64,000 bases of DNA, from positions 6,688,001 to 6,752,000 of the forward strand of contig CBDDPY010000002.1 in NCBI GenBank assembly GCA_965232515.1. Reading direction: 5' to 3'. This DNA is from Alphaproteobacteria bacterium. GTDB lineage: Bacteria > Pseudomonadota > Alphaproteobacteria > GCA-2731375. Made by a program: the position numbers and the translations under genes. Below are positions 28,605 to 38,627 of this stretch, one piece after another. The notes beneath the pieces were generated by a model. It searched no databases. It was not told the DNA's origin and worked only from the letters and a program-made list of their open reading frames with translations. The stretch's first letter is position 1; every line of letters begins with the position of its first letter.

Positions 28605-31600
28605 TTGTCTCGCGCGCGACTGGCCCCGGTGCTGCTGCTTCTTGCGCTCTTTTCGTCGAGCCACGAGGCGCGGACGGCCGACACGCAGGATGGATACGCA
28701 GGCTCCAAGGCCTGCGAAGGCTGCCACACCTACATTTACAACCAGTGGCGGGGCACACGGCATAGCTTCTCCGTCAAGACGCCGGCCGAGGCGCGATCCG
28801 CCGGTTTCCCGTTGCCCCGGCCACGCCAAGGCGGCGGCGAGCTAACGATCCGGTCGTGGGACGACGTCGCTTACGTCATCGGCGGGCGGCAACGTATCGC
28901 CTATGCGGATGCCGCGGGTCGCGTTCAGGACACCAGCTATCACCATCGGACCGGGGGTTGGGATGCGTTTCCAACCAAGCCCATGTCCGTGTGCGGCCCG
29001 TGCCACTACACCGGCTTCGGCGTGGGCCCCGAACATTCGGACAATCCGGTGCTGCCCGGCCGCTGGGTCGAGCGAAACATCGGCTGCGAAGCCTGCCACG
29101 GACCGGGCGCGCGCCACGTCGAGAGCCTGGAGAAGGCGGACATCCAGGCCGACCCGTCGTCACGCGTCTGCGGTCAATGCCACACGGCGGTGGGCAAGGT
29201 CCTGCCCAAGGGCGAGCTGCATGCGACCCACGATCTGGTGCAGGGCTGGAACCAGGACCCGCACGTCACCGGCGTCCGCTGGAATTCCGACAACGCCTTC
29301 TGCGCGCGCTGTCACGCGCCCTATCAGGGCCACATTCCGGAGGCTGGCGAGGGTGCGGCGCGTCGGGTCTTTTCCGAGACGAAGCGGAACATCACCTGCA
29401 TCGGCTGTCACAATCCGCATCAACTGACCAATGCGAACTATGGGCCTGACAACGTCTTGCTGACGCCGCCGCTGCCAATCCCGTGGCATACCCACGAAGG
29501 CCATGATGCGGACTTTACGACCACCGACTACAAGGCCTGGGACAGCACCGATGAGGTCTGCGAACGCTGCCACCGGGGGGCGGATCGGGTCGATCTGGAT
29601 CACGCCAACGCGACGTGCCAGGACTGCCACAATCAGTTCAACCGCAACCATGGACGCGAGTCCCGACGGCTCCACGACGCCAACCACCCCGCGTTGAGCT
29701 GCCGTGGCTGCCATGAGGATGCCGACCACTTAATGGCGGTGCTTTACCGGGATCCCGACTTCCTGGCGCCAAAGCACATCCACAACCTGAGGACATTGCC
29801 GGCGCGGGCGCGGACGAAGTATGGCTTCCGCTACGCGGAGCTGATCCGGCCAGGCGCGCTGGCAACGAACGTCTCGATCCAGGAAACAGCGGCCGCGGTC
29901 GCAGAGCAGAACCCGAACGGCGATTTGCCGAACCAGCCAACCGTCATTCGGCAGACCGGATCTGCTCACCACGAGGCGCTGCGCGAACTGCTGTCAGCGC
30001 CGGTCCACCGCCGCCTCGCCGGGGACGAGACCGTGTCGGCGAAGCAACGGGCTCTATCCGAGGCGCCCGACTCTGTCGGTCGCTATCTCGACCTGGCTGA
30101 TGTCTACGCGGGGCAGGGTGAATTCTCGGCGGCACGGGAGATTATCGCGCACGGGCTGGCGCTCGACGCGAGCCGGCTCCTGCTGGAGCTGCCCTTCGGC
30201 CGAGACGCGGACAGGTCCGACATGGGCGAGACGGCCGAGGCCAGGGCTCGCACATTATTGCCGCCGTCCGCGTTGCCGGGCGAGGAGGCCCTTCGAGCTT
30301 GGCTTCAGGGCTATCTGGAAATGACCGAAGGACGCTTCGCGGACGCCGCCCGGACGTTGGCGTCCGTGCAAGCGGGTTCGACCGAGCGCGTGTCGTTGCG
30401 ATTTCATCTGGCGCTGGCCGAGTTGGGGCAAGGCCGCTATCGCGAGGCGCTCGTGGCAATCAAGGCGAACCTTCGTGCGAACCCTGAGCACCGGGCATCG
30501 AAAGTCGGGCTCGGATTCGTGCACCTCGCTCGGCGCCGATCCAAGCCCGCGATCGAGGCGCTGACGCGGGCGATCGCCGACCATCCCGGTGACGCCGCGG
30601 CGCTCTATATTCTGGGGCGCGCTTATCTGACTGGCCGGGATATGGCCAACGCCGTTCAGGCCTATCGGGCCGCGGTCGATGCCGATCCCAATTTTCTCTT
30701 GGCCCGGTTCGACATGGCGCGGGCCTATGGCTTCGGCGGACGACCCGATGCGGCGACGCGCGTTTATCGAGAAATCGTCCGCCGCCAGCCTGGTCTGTTT
30801 CAGGCCCGGTTCGAGCTTGCCAATGTCTTGAAGCTGCTGAGCGACAGGCTGGCCTATCAGCTGCAGTCCGCGCGCGAGACCAGCCCGCCCACGGACATCA
30901 GCGTCGCGCGCTGGCGGGACCGCCTGTCCGGTTGGGAGCGGGAAGTCGAGAAGTTCCGGGATCTGGCGCTCTCCGAGCTGGCGATCGCGGCCAGTGTCAG
31001 ACCCTCGGCGATCGAGGTGATCCGGCAGGTGGCCGAGATCTACCGGCAGTCTGGGCGCCTGTCCGAGGCCGAGCGGTTCTACCGGTGGCTGGCACGCCGC
31101 CAGCCCGAATGGTGGCTCTACCGGTATCGGCTCGGTGTCGTTCAAATCAGGCAGGGCCGCGACGCCGAGGCGATCGAGACGCTGACACGGGCGCTGACGA
31201 TGGCGCCGACGGACGGTGACACCTTTCTTGCGCTCGGCCTGGCGCAGATCCGCGCCGGCCGACTTGACGCCGCCATCGACACCTTCGAGCGCGGCAGGAT
31301 CTACGAACCGTTCAATCCGGCTCTCTACACCAATCTGGGCGCGGCATATGCACGCCGCGGCAATCTCGAACACGCGAGCGCCGCGCTCGAACGTTCGCTG
31401 GAGCTCGCCAGCTTTCCGCTGCCGCGTGTGCACCTGACACATACGAATCTCGCCATCGTGCGTATCAGGCAGGGCCGCCCCGAGGCTGCGGCTCAGTCGC
31501 TGAGACGCGCCCTGCACAGTTTTTCGCAGTACGCCTATGCCCGCGAGCTGCTCGACAGGCTGAATGCGGGTGAGCATCTGCACGAAGCTGACTCGCCGCC

Positions 31601-31670
31601 CGACGTCGTCTTCAACGATCTGCTCGAGCGCTTCGGCGAGGTCACGACGGTCGCGTTCGCCAATGACTAG
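28605..31670 (+). CDS. secreted multiheme cytochrome c (9 CxxCH) fused to a TPR array
   Basis: Signal peptide; CEGCH, CGPCH, CEACH, CGQCH, CARCH, CIGCH, CERCH, CQDCH, CRGCH; TPR-like repeats over the last ~520 aa. Confidence 0.88.
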   Translation: MSRARLAPVLLLLALFSSSHEARTADTQDGYAGSKACEGCHTYIYNQWRGTRHSFSVKTPAEARSAGFPLPRPRQGGGELTIRSWDDVAYVIGGRQRIAYADAAGRVQDTSYHHRTGGWDAFPTKPMSVCGPCHYTGFGVGPEHSDNPVLPGRWVERNIGCEACHGPGARHVESLEKADIQADPSSRVCGQCHTAVGKVLPKGELHATHDLVQGWNQDPHVTGVRWNSDNAFCARCHAPYQGHIPEAGEGAARRVFSETKRNITCIGCHNPHQLTNANYGPDNVLLTPPLPIPWHTHEGHDADFTTTDYKAWDSTDEVCERCHRGADRVDLDHANATCQDCHNQFNRNHGRESRRLHDANHPALSCRGCHEDADHLMAVLYRDPDFLAPKHIHNLRTLPARARTKYGFRYAELIRPGALATNVSIQETAAAVAEQNPNGDLPNQPTVIRQTGSAHHEALRELLSAPVHRRLAGDETVSAKQRALSEAPDSVGRYLDLADVYAGQGEFSAAREIIAHGLALDASRLLLELPFGRDADRSDMGETAEARARTLLPPSALPGEEALRAWLQGYLEMTEGRFADAARTLASVQAGSTERVSLRFHLALAELGQGRYREALVAIKANLRANPEHRASKVGLGFVHLARRRSKPAIEALTRAIADHPGDAAALYILGRAYLTGRDMANAVQAYRAAVDADPNFLLARFDMARAYGFGGRPDAATRVYREIVRRQPGLFQARFELANVLKLLSDRLAYQLQSARETSPPTDISVARWRDRLSGWEREVEKFRDLALSELAIAASVRPSAIEVIRQVAEIYRQSGRLSEAERFYRWLARRQPEWWLYRYRLGVVQIRQGRDAEAIETLTRALTMAPTDGDTFLALGLAQIRAGRLDAAIDTFERGRIYEPFNPALYTNLGAAYARRGNLEHASAALERSLELASFPLPRVHLTHTNLAIVRIRQGRPEAAAQSLRRALHSFSQYAYARELLDRLNAGEHLHEADSPPDVVFNDLLERFGEVTTVAFAND

Positions 31671-33042
31671 TCGGGTGTTAGGCGTCGTCGCCGGGCTGTT
31701 GGGCCTGCTGGCCATTGTTGAAGGCGCGATGCTGTGGCAGCTGCATCAAGAACACGCCACGGCCAGTATCGAACTTCGCGCCAGCAATGCCGGCCTGGAA
31801 CTCGGTCCGGAGCATGGACGGGTCTTTGTTCATCCGGCGGAGCGGACCGACCAACTCGTCGCCGAGGGCGCCCTTGAAGAGGAAATCGCGGTTGCGCCCG
31901 GGACCTACGACGTCCGCGTGCTGTTTACCCGCTCAAAGGACAACCAGAGCATTTGGCTCGACGACGTCGTGCTCGAGCGAGGTGCGCGGGCGACGCACAC
32001 CGTCGAGTTCGGCTCCGGCGAGCTTAGCGTCGAGGCCACGGTCGGGAGCGGCGCCGGCGAGGTCGTGGTCTATGTCTTCGAGAGTGGCGACCAGGACAGG
32101 ATCATTACGTCGATGCAACCGGGCCAACCGGTTTTGATTGCCCCCGGCACATACGATGTGCGGATCGTGCTCACCGAAGCCGCCGAGGAGCGGGCCGTCC
32201 GCTGGCGAAAGGGCGTGCCGGTTCAAACCGGACTGCAAACCAGGATCAACGTCCGCTTCCAACAGGGCGCGTTGCTCGTCGCTGCGCTGAACGGGCAGCA
32301 ACCGTTGCCCGACGGCGCCGTGGAGCTGACCGTGTTCCGCGCCGGCGACGCTCAACGCGAGGTGGTCGCCTTCGGCCTCGCCGGATCGCCACTGCATCTT
32401 GCCGCCGGGCGCTACGACATCAAGGCGACGTTTTCGGCATCGAACGACAAGCCGGTCATCTGGCTCGAGGATCTGGCGATCACGGAGGAAGAAGCGCTGG
32501 AGAAGTCCATTGCGTTTACATCCGGAACCGCCGTCGTCAGCGCGGAGATGAAGCACGGCGCGACGCTCGACGACTTCCAGGCCTACGTTTACTACTACAG
32601 GGTCGGGGACCACCAGGAGCCGGTTGCCTATGCCCCCGCGCCCGAACCGGTGGTGCTGGCGAGCGGCCGTTATGACGTGCGCGTCAACTTCCACCGCTCG
32701 CACGACCGGCCCGACCTTTGGATTCGGGATCTGTTCGTGCCGCCAGGCGGGCGCGTCTCACGAACCGCGGTCTTCGCATCCGGCATGCTGCTTGTGCGGG
32801 CCTACGATGCGGCCGGGATCGAACTGGTTGGCGACAACATATTCGTGCGAGTCCATGCGGCGGGCGAGGCCAGTCGGCCCATTGCGGTCGCGCGCAGCGG
32901 CGAGATTCTCGTTCTCTCCGACGGCGTCTATGACGTTGTCGCCGAGGACACCCGAAGCCCCGGAACCGAGCGCCGCATCGATCGCGTCGCTGTGACGCCG
33001 GGGAAACTGTCGGAGCACACCCTGACGTTTGGGCGGCCGTGA
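31663..33042 (+). CDS. membrane-anchored protein with five beta-rich repeats
   Basis: N-terminal TM helix; repeats centred on PGTYDVRV, PGTYDVRI, AGRYDIKA, SGRYDVRV, DGVYDVVA; start overlaps the upstream stop. Confidence 0.75.
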   Translation: MTSRVLGVVAGLLGLLAIVEGAMLWQLHQEHATASIELRASNAGLELGPEHGRVFVHPAERTDQLVAEGALEEEIAVAPGTYDVRVLFTRSKDNQSIWLDDVVLERGARATHTVEFGSGELSVEATVGSGAGEVVVYVFESGDQDRIITSMQPGQPVLIAPGTYDVRIVLTEAAEERAVRWRKGVPVQTGLQTRINVRFQQGALLVAALNGQQPLPDGAVELTVFRAGDAQREVVAFGLAGSPLHLAAGRYDIKATFSASNDKPVIWLEDLAITEEEALEKSIAFTSGTAVVSAEMKHGATLDDFQAYVYYYRVGDHQEPVAYAPAPEPVVLASGRYDVRVNFHRSHDRPDLWIRDLFVPPGGRVSRTAVFASGMLLVRAYDAAGIELVGDNIFVRVHAAGEASRPIAVARSGEILVLSDGVYDVVAEDTRSPGTERRIDRVAVTPGKLSEHTLTFGRP

Positions 33043-33222
33043 GCCCGATATCGCGCCGTCAGGTCGCGTCGGTTAAGGCGCGCAATGGCTGATCACGACG
33101 ACAGGCTGGAGCGCATCCCAAGCTGCTAAATTTGCGCCGGACCGGCAAAATCACTTACCATAATGCCGGTCGATGGTGTCCGGCCGTGTCGGACGACCTT
33201 GTCTGCTTGAGGAGGGACCACG

Positions 33223-33972
33223 ATGGGCATCCTGCAGGGCAAAGCGTTGGTGGTGCTGGGCGCGCTGGTCGCGATAGGCGTTCTGGCCAGTCCCACGACA
33301 GGCCACGCGCTGGTCGAGACAAAAAAGCAGCCGTTCGTCAAAAACTCCGCGTTCATTGACTTCAAAAAGCTCGGCACGATCAGGAAGCTCAGCCTGGAGA
33401 TCCAGAGTCTGGAACGAGTCGAGTTCAAACCGTTTGACAAGCCCAAGGGAAAGCCGAAGAAGAAGGGGCCTGTCTTCAAGTTCAGCGAGCCCATCCAGGG
33501 ACCGACCGGCGGGCCGGTCGTCGACATTGAGCTGGTCTCACTGTCGCTTGTCAGCACAAGTCCGGTGTTGCTGGACGGCCAGACCGGGCACCTCGTGCTA
33601 ACGCATGATCCCGCCCGGTCGAGTGGCGGACCGGGCATCATCAGGTTCGACGACAAATCCAAAAAGACCGGCAAGTTCGACGCGAAGTTCGAAAAGCTCC
33701 TGAAGCTGAAGCTGAAGGACGACAAGAACCAAAAGACCAAGGTCGACAAGGGCAAGATCGGGCTGCCAGTTAAATTCGACGGCGTCGCCTTCAGACAGCA
33801 GTCGCCGATCACGGTCACTGAGGCGTTCTGTATTGGCCCTCAGGATAGTTCGATCGCCGAATTCTGCCTGCGTCCGATACCCGAACCGCCGACACTGCTG
33901 CTGCTTGGTCTGGGTCTGACCGGGCTTGTCGCGGCATTCGCATTCGGGCGGCGCCGGGAACCGGCCGCATAA
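33223..33972 (+). CDS. PEP-CTERM sorting-domain protein
   Basis: Signal peptide; C-terminal IPEPPTLLLLGLGLTGLVAAFAFGRRR; GGAGGG RBS. Confidence 0.85.
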   Translation: MGILQGKALVVLGALVAIGVLASPTTGHALVETKKQPFVKNSAFIDFKKLGTIRKLSLEIQSLERVEFKPFDKPKGKPKKKGPVFKFSEPIQGPTGGPVVDIELVSLSLVSTSPVLLDGQTGHLVLTHDPARSSGGPGIIRFDDKSKKTGKFDAKFEKLLKLKLKDDKNQKTKVDKGKIGLPVKFDGVAFRQQSPITVTEAFCIGPQDSSIAEFCLRPIPEPPTLLLLGLGLTGLVAAFAFGRRREPAA

Positions 33973-34026
33973 AGGCAGCGGACCAAACAGCATAGCCGTT
34001 CAGTCAGTCTATTGACAGCGGCGCGC

Positions 34027-34395
34027 CTACCGCGCAGCGAGTTGTTCGACGGCTTTGACGATGTCGGCGTTGGCGAAGGGTTTGGTGATGAAGAGATCGG
34101 CGCCGCAGTCGAGGGCGGTTTCGCGGTCTTCGCGCTGGCCCTTGGCGGTCAGCACCAGCACCGGCAGGGTTTCCGCCCGGCGGTCGGCGCGCAGGCGGCG
34201 CAGGACTTCATAGCCGTCCAGTTCCGGCAGCATGACGTCAAGGATCATCACGTCGGGCGTGTCCGCCAGCGCGGCGTTCAAAGCCTTGCGCCCATCGGTT
34301 TCGACCGCCACGTCGAACCCCGCCCGTTCCAACAGAAAGGTCAGGGGTTCGACGATGTTCGGCTCGTCCTCCGCAAGCAGGACGCGCTTTGTCAT
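34027..34395 (-). CDS. single-domain response regulator (receiver only)
   Basis: LLAEDE, ILDVMLPELDG, LTAKG, ITKPF; ATG at 34395 after GGGAGGA. Confidence 0.93.
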   Translation of the reverse strand: MTKRVLLAEDEPNIVEPLTFLLERAGFDVAVETDGRKALNAALADTPDVMILDVMLPELDGYEVLRRLRADRRAETLPVLVLTAKGQREDRETALDCGADLFITKPFANADIVKAVEQLAAR

Positions 34396-34534
34396 GGTTA
34401 AGAATGTCCTCCCGTTGACGAACCGTCTTGCGTGAACGTCGGCAACGATTAGACGGTACCAGGGGCGTCTCTGCAATCGGGAATTGCCGGCAGAGGGGCA
34501 GGGCGGGTTGAATTCGGCCGTCCTGCGCGTCTAG

Positions 34535-35947
34535 CTACTCGGCCAATGGGTCTTCGACGCGGTGTCGGCAGCTCCGGCGCGGGCAGAGGCGGCAGCTTGG
34601 GCCGACCTCCTCGACCGGCGCCGAGGGTTCCGGGGCATAAACCGTTTGCTGCGCGTCGTCCTCGGTCATGGCCAGCATGTCGGTCACGTAGTGGCGCGGC
34701 TGGCCGAAGCCGGTCGCGCCGGCATTGCGGGCGCGGCCGACGAAGACGAAACGCGCGCCGGTCGGGAACTGCACGCGCTGGCGCACGACGGTCTCGGGCG
34801 ACTGCTGCGCGCAATAGAGCACCCAGAGCGGGCAGGCGGCGGCGTATCGCGGCACGGCGAGCCCGTCCAGACCGAGCATTTCGATGATCGAGCCCGCCGC
34901 GTTGGCCCGGTAGTAGCCGAAGCGCGGCCGGCCATCGGCGCGCGGCAACGCGGTCAGCCGATGACAGACGGCGGTAACCTCGGCGGCAAATGCCGCCGCC
35001 AGCGCCTCGATATCGAAGCGCAGCTCGACAGCACGTTCCTTGAACGCCGCCATGGGCATCAGGATGGCGTCGACCGCATAGTCCGATAAGGCCCGCCGCG
35101 CGCGTTCGCGGGCAGCCGCGGTTTCGATCTGCGGCTGGCGCTCGGTGATCTCGTCGATCAGGTCGCGCAGCCGTTCGTCCGTCAATGCGCGGGCCGCTGC
35201 GCGTTGGGCGGCGGCGTGTCCGCCGTTGATTTCCGGCGCGAGCGTGGCGGCGGCTGTTTCGATCTCGTTGAAATGATTCTCGCGTGCGTCGAACAGAGCT
35301 TCCACCTCGTCCAGCGGCGTGAGCGTCCGGTCCGGCTCGTCGGCCTTGTCGAGATAGGCCGCCAGCGCCTCGCCGACATCCGACAGCGCCCGGCTTTCCT
35401 CGTGGATGATGCGGTGGAACCGGTCGCGCCGGTCGGCCGGCGCGTCGGGAAACTCGGTCAGGATTTCGGCGGCCGAGCGGACCGCCGCGATCCGTGTCAG
35501 CATACGATGCACGGTCTCGCCCAGGAACGGATCGTTCGACAGGCGGTCGGTCAGCGTCTGCGCCAGCGCCGTCGCTTGGCGTTCCGAGCGGGCGAGCGCG
35601 GCCAGCCCCCGGGCCCAGCCGGGAAACCGTCCGATCAGCTCGCCCGTGCGCTGGTCCTCGATGCCGAGGGTGCCGAGCGAGGGGAGGTGGGCGATCTCGG
35701 TGAGCGTCTCGAGCAGGCGGCGTTCGGCCGCGCCGTCGAGATCGTCCAGTTCCAGGTCCAGGGCCTCGGCGGTCTTGCGCAGCAGGGTGCCCGCGATCCG
35801 CCGTTTGTTCAGCTCGATCAGATTCAGATAGGAGGCGGAGATGCCGATCCGTTCCGCGAGCGCGACCTGGGTGATGCCGATCTCGCGCCGGCGCTGGCGG
35901 ATGCGGGTGCCGAGGATCGAACGATCCATCTCGGAAAGCTGTTTCAT
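34535..35947 (-). CDS. XRE-family short-chain fatty acyl-CoA regulator (ScfR/RamB/PrpR-like)
   Basis: HTH TQVALAERIGISASYLNLIELNKRRI; AILMP..F, VCHRLTAL, ACPLW, C-terminal VGPSCRLCPRRSCRHR. Confidence 0.9.
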   Translation of the reverse strand: MKQLSEMDRSILGTRIRQRRREIGITQVALAERIGISASYLNLIELNKRRIAGTLLRKTAEALDLELDDLDGAAERRLLETLTEIAHLPSLGTLGIEDQRTGELIGRFPGWARGLAALARSERQATALAQTLTDRLSNDPFLGETVHRMLTRIAAVRSAAEILTEFPDAPADRRDRFHRIIHEESRALSDVGEALAAYLDKADEPDRTLTPLDEVEALFDARENHFNEIETAAATLAPEINGGHAAAQRAAARALTDERLRDLIDEITERQPQIETAAARERARRALSDYAVDAILMPMAAFKERAVELRFDIEALAAAFAAEVTAVCHRLTALPRADGRPRFGYYRANAAGSIIEMLGLDGLAVPRYAAACPLWVLYCAQQSPETVVRQRVQFPTGARFVFVGRARNAGATGFGQPRHYVTDMLAMTEDDAQQTVYAPEPSAPVEEVGPSCRLCPRRSCRHRVEDPLAE

Positions 35948-35970
35948 AACAGCGGCTTGTCCTTCCGATC

Positions 35971-36060
35971 TGTAAAGAATTTACAAGCAAGTCGGTATCG
36001 CGAGGAGAATTTTGACAAAAAAGTTAATAAAATTCAAATACTTATTGCTGATTTGACAAA
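35971..36060. promoter_or_regulatory. candidate operator sites between the regulator and the ABC operon
   Basis: Palindrome TGTAAA-GAA-TTTACA (35971-35985); two copies of TTTGACAAA (36010-36018 and 36052-36060). Confidence 0.5.
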
Positions 36061-36176
36061 TCTCCCGCAGCTTATTGCCAGGGTCGATCGAAATCGCCCA
36101 AGGCCGAAACAGCACCGCGAAGCCTGGCTTCCGCCTTCGGCACCAACAACGACAAACACGCTAAGGGAGAACATTC

Positions 36177-37517
36177 ATGAGCAAGTGGGATATCAGTCGT
36201 CGCGGTCTGCTGAAGAGCTCCGCCGCGATGGGCGTCGGTCTCGCCGCGCCGACCATCTTTACCAGCAGCGCCTGGGCCACGAGCTATACCAACGAGCCGA
36301 AGGGCGCGACCGTCACGCTGGGCTTCAACGTGCCCCAGACCGGCGCCTATGCCGATGAGGGCGCCGACGAGCTGCGTGCGTATCAGCTCGCCGTCGAGCA
36401 CATCAACGGCGAGGGCGACGGCGGCATGCTCAACACCTTTTCGTCGAAGGCACTGACGGGCAAGGGCATCAATGGCAAGAAAGTCGAATACGTTACCGGC
36501 GACACCCAGACCAAGTCCGACGCCGCCCGCGCCAGCGCCAAGCGCATGATCGAGAAGGACGGCGCCATCATGATCACCGGCGGCTCGTCGTCGGGCGTGG
36601 CGATCGCGGTACAGGGCCTGTGCCAGGACGCCGGCGTCATCTTCATGGCCGGCCTGACCCACTCGAACGACACCACCGGCAAGGACAAGCGCGCCAACGG
36701 CTTCCGCCACTTCTTCAATACCGAGATGTCGGGCGCGGCGCTCGGTCCGGTGCTGAAGAATGCCTTCGGGTCCGACCGCGTCGCCTATCACCTGACGGCC
36801 GACTACACCTGGGGTTGGAGCCAGGAAGGCTCGATCATCAAGTATTCCGAGGAGCTCGGCTGGCAGACCTCCGCCGCGGTGCGCACGCCGCTCGGCGCCG
36901 GCGATTTCTCGCAGTACATCACGCCGGTCCTGAATTCGGGCGCCGACGTGCTGGTCCTGAATCACTACGGCCGCGACATGGTCAACTCGCTGACCCAGGC
37001 CGTGCAGTTCGGCCTGCGCGACAAGCAGGTCAACGGCAAGGACTTCGCCATCGTCGTGCCGCTCTACAGCCGCCTGATGGCACAGGGCGCCGGCGAGAAC
37101 GTGAAGGGCATCTTCGGCTCGACCAACTGGCACTGGTCGCTGCAGGACGAGGGCTCGAAGGCCTTCGTGAAGTCGTTCGGCCAGAAGTACGGCTTCCCGC
37201 CGAGCCAGGCCGCACACACCTGCTACTGCCAGGCCATCCTCTATGCCGACGCCTGCGAGCGCGCCGGCACCTTCCGGCCGTCCGCTGTCGGCAAGCAGCT
37301 GGAAGGCTTCAAGTTCGACGGCCTTGGCAACGGTCCGACCGAATACCGCGCCGAGGACCACCAGTGCTTCAAGGACGTGCTGGTGGTGAAGGGCAAGGAG
37401 AACCCGTCCTCGAAGTTCGACGTGCTCGAAGTCGTCGAGGTCACGCCGCGTGCGCAGGTGGAGTATCCCGCCTCGATGCTGGGCGGCGAGCTGGGGCCGT
37501 ACAACGACGGCGCCTGA
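36177..37517 (+). CDS. Liv/HAAT-type ABC transporter substrate-binding protein (Tat-exported)
   Basis: SRRGLLK Tat motif; PQTGAYADEG, TGGSSSGVAIA, ADYTWG. Confidence 0.92.
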   Translation: MSKWDISRRGLLKSSAAMGVGLAAPTIFTSSAWATSYTNEPKGATVTLGFNVPQTGAYADEGADELRAYQLAVEHINGEGDGGMLNTFSSKALTGKGINGKKVEYVTGDTQTKSDAARASAKRMIEKDGAIMITGGSSSGVAIAVQGLCQDAGVIFMAGLTHSNDTTGKDKRANGFRHFFNTEMSGAALGPVLKNAFGSDRVAYHLTADYTWGWSQEGSIIKYSEELGWQTSAAVRTPLGAGDFSQYITPVLNSGADVLVLNHYGRDMVNSLTQAVQFGLRDKQVNGKDFAIVVPLYSRLMAQGAGENVKGIFGSTNWHWSLQDEGSKAFVKSFGQKYGFPPSQAAHTCYCQAILYADACERAGTFRPSAVGKQLEGFKFDGLGNGPTEYRAEDHQCFKDVLVVKGKENPSSKFDVLEVVEVTPRAQVEYPASMLGGELGPYNDGA

Positions 37518-37538
37518 TGTTCCTGACCTGACCAACTT

Positions 37539-37574
37539 CCGGTCGTCCCCGAAACAAACACCGGGGACGACCGG
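37539..37574 (+). other. intergenic stem-loop after the binding-protein gene
   Basis: CCGGTCGTCCCCG / CGGGGACGACCGG perfect 13-bp stem, 10-nt loop, no U-tract; likely an mRNA-stabilising element. Confidence 0.65.
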
Positions 37575-37595
37575 CCCCTCGGGGGAGCCCGAACC

Positions 37596-38624
37596 ATGGA
37601 TGCGATATTCCTGCAGATCCTGAATGGCCTGGACAAGGGCGGCGCCTACGCCCTGATCGCGTTGGGTCTGACAATCATTTTCGGCACGCTCGGCGTCGTG
37701 AACTTCGCGCACGGCGCGCTGTTCATGCTCGGCGCGTTTTGCGCGGTTTCGGTGAAAGCTTTGTTGAGCCTCGAGAAGGTTACGCTCGATCCCGAAAAGG
37801 TGACGGCTTGGGGCTCGCCGATGGAGATCCGCACGCCTTATGTCGAGGCGTGGCTCGGCGATTTCGGCAGCACCCTGCTGAATTACTCCGTGCCGGTCTC
37901 GATCCTGATCGCCATTCCCGTGATGCTCTTGATCGGCATCGCCATGGAGCGCGGGCTCATTCGGTTTTTCTATAAACGGCCGCACGCCGAACAGATCCTG
38001 GTGACCTTCGGCCTGGCGATCGTCATTCAGGAGATCGTCAAGGGGCAGTTCGGCGCCAACCCGATCCCGCAGCCGGCGCCCGATGCCGCCAAGGGCATGG
38101 TCGACTTCGGCGTCGCGCTTGGCTTCCAGGCCGGCAACGTGGTCTATCCGGCCTGGCGGCTGATCTATTTCCTGTTTTCGGTCTTGGTGATCGGCGCCGT
38201 CTTCGCGTTTCTGAGGTTCACGACGTTCGGCATGGTGGTCCGCGCTGGCATGGCCGACCGAGAGACGGTGGGTCTGCTCGGCATCGACATTGACCGGCGC
38301 TTCACCATCGTGTTCGGCATTGCCGCCGTGGTCGCCGGCCTGGCGGGCGTGATGTACACGCCGATCCTCAGCCCCGACTACCACATGGGCATGGATTTCC
38401 TGGTCTTGAGCTTCGTCGTCGTCGTGGTCGGCGGCATGGGCTCGCTCGGCGGCGCCGTCGCCGCCGGCTTCATGCTCGGCATCCTGCAGAGCTTCGCCTC
38501 GATGAACGAGGTCAAGAACATCCTGCCCGGCATCGATCAGATCATCATCTACCTGATCGCCGTCGTCATTCTGCTGGTGCGCCCCCGTGGCCTGATGGGC
38601 CGCAAGGGCGTCATGGAGCACTGA
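37596..38624 (+). CDS. Liv-type ABC permease (LivH-like)
   Basis: YALIALGLTIIFG..VVNFAHG; VVVVGGMGSLGGA. Confidence 0.93.
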   Translation: MDAIFLQILNGLDKGGAYALIALGLTIIFGTLGVVNFAHGALFMLGAFCAVSVKALLSLEKVTLDPEKVTAWGSPMEIRTPYVEAWLGDFGSTLLNYSVPVSILIAIPVMLLIGIAMERGLIRFFYKRPHAEQILVTFGLAIVIQEIVKGQFGANPIPQPAPDAAKGMVDFGVALGFQAGNVVYPAWRLIYFLFSVLVIGAVFAFLRFTTFGMVVRAGMADRETVGLLGIDIDRRFTIVFGIAAVVAGLAGVMYTPILSPDYHMGMDFLVLSFVVVVVGGMGSLGGAVAAGFMLGILQSFASMNEVKNILPGIDQIIIYLIAVVILLVRPRGLMGRKGVMEH

Positions 38625-38627
38625 GCC

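Noticed and set aside
27940-34000. tRNA-anchored integrative element
   Set aside because: No integrase and no repeat of the tRNA 3' end seen in the window; the genes may be accessory but mobility is unsupported.
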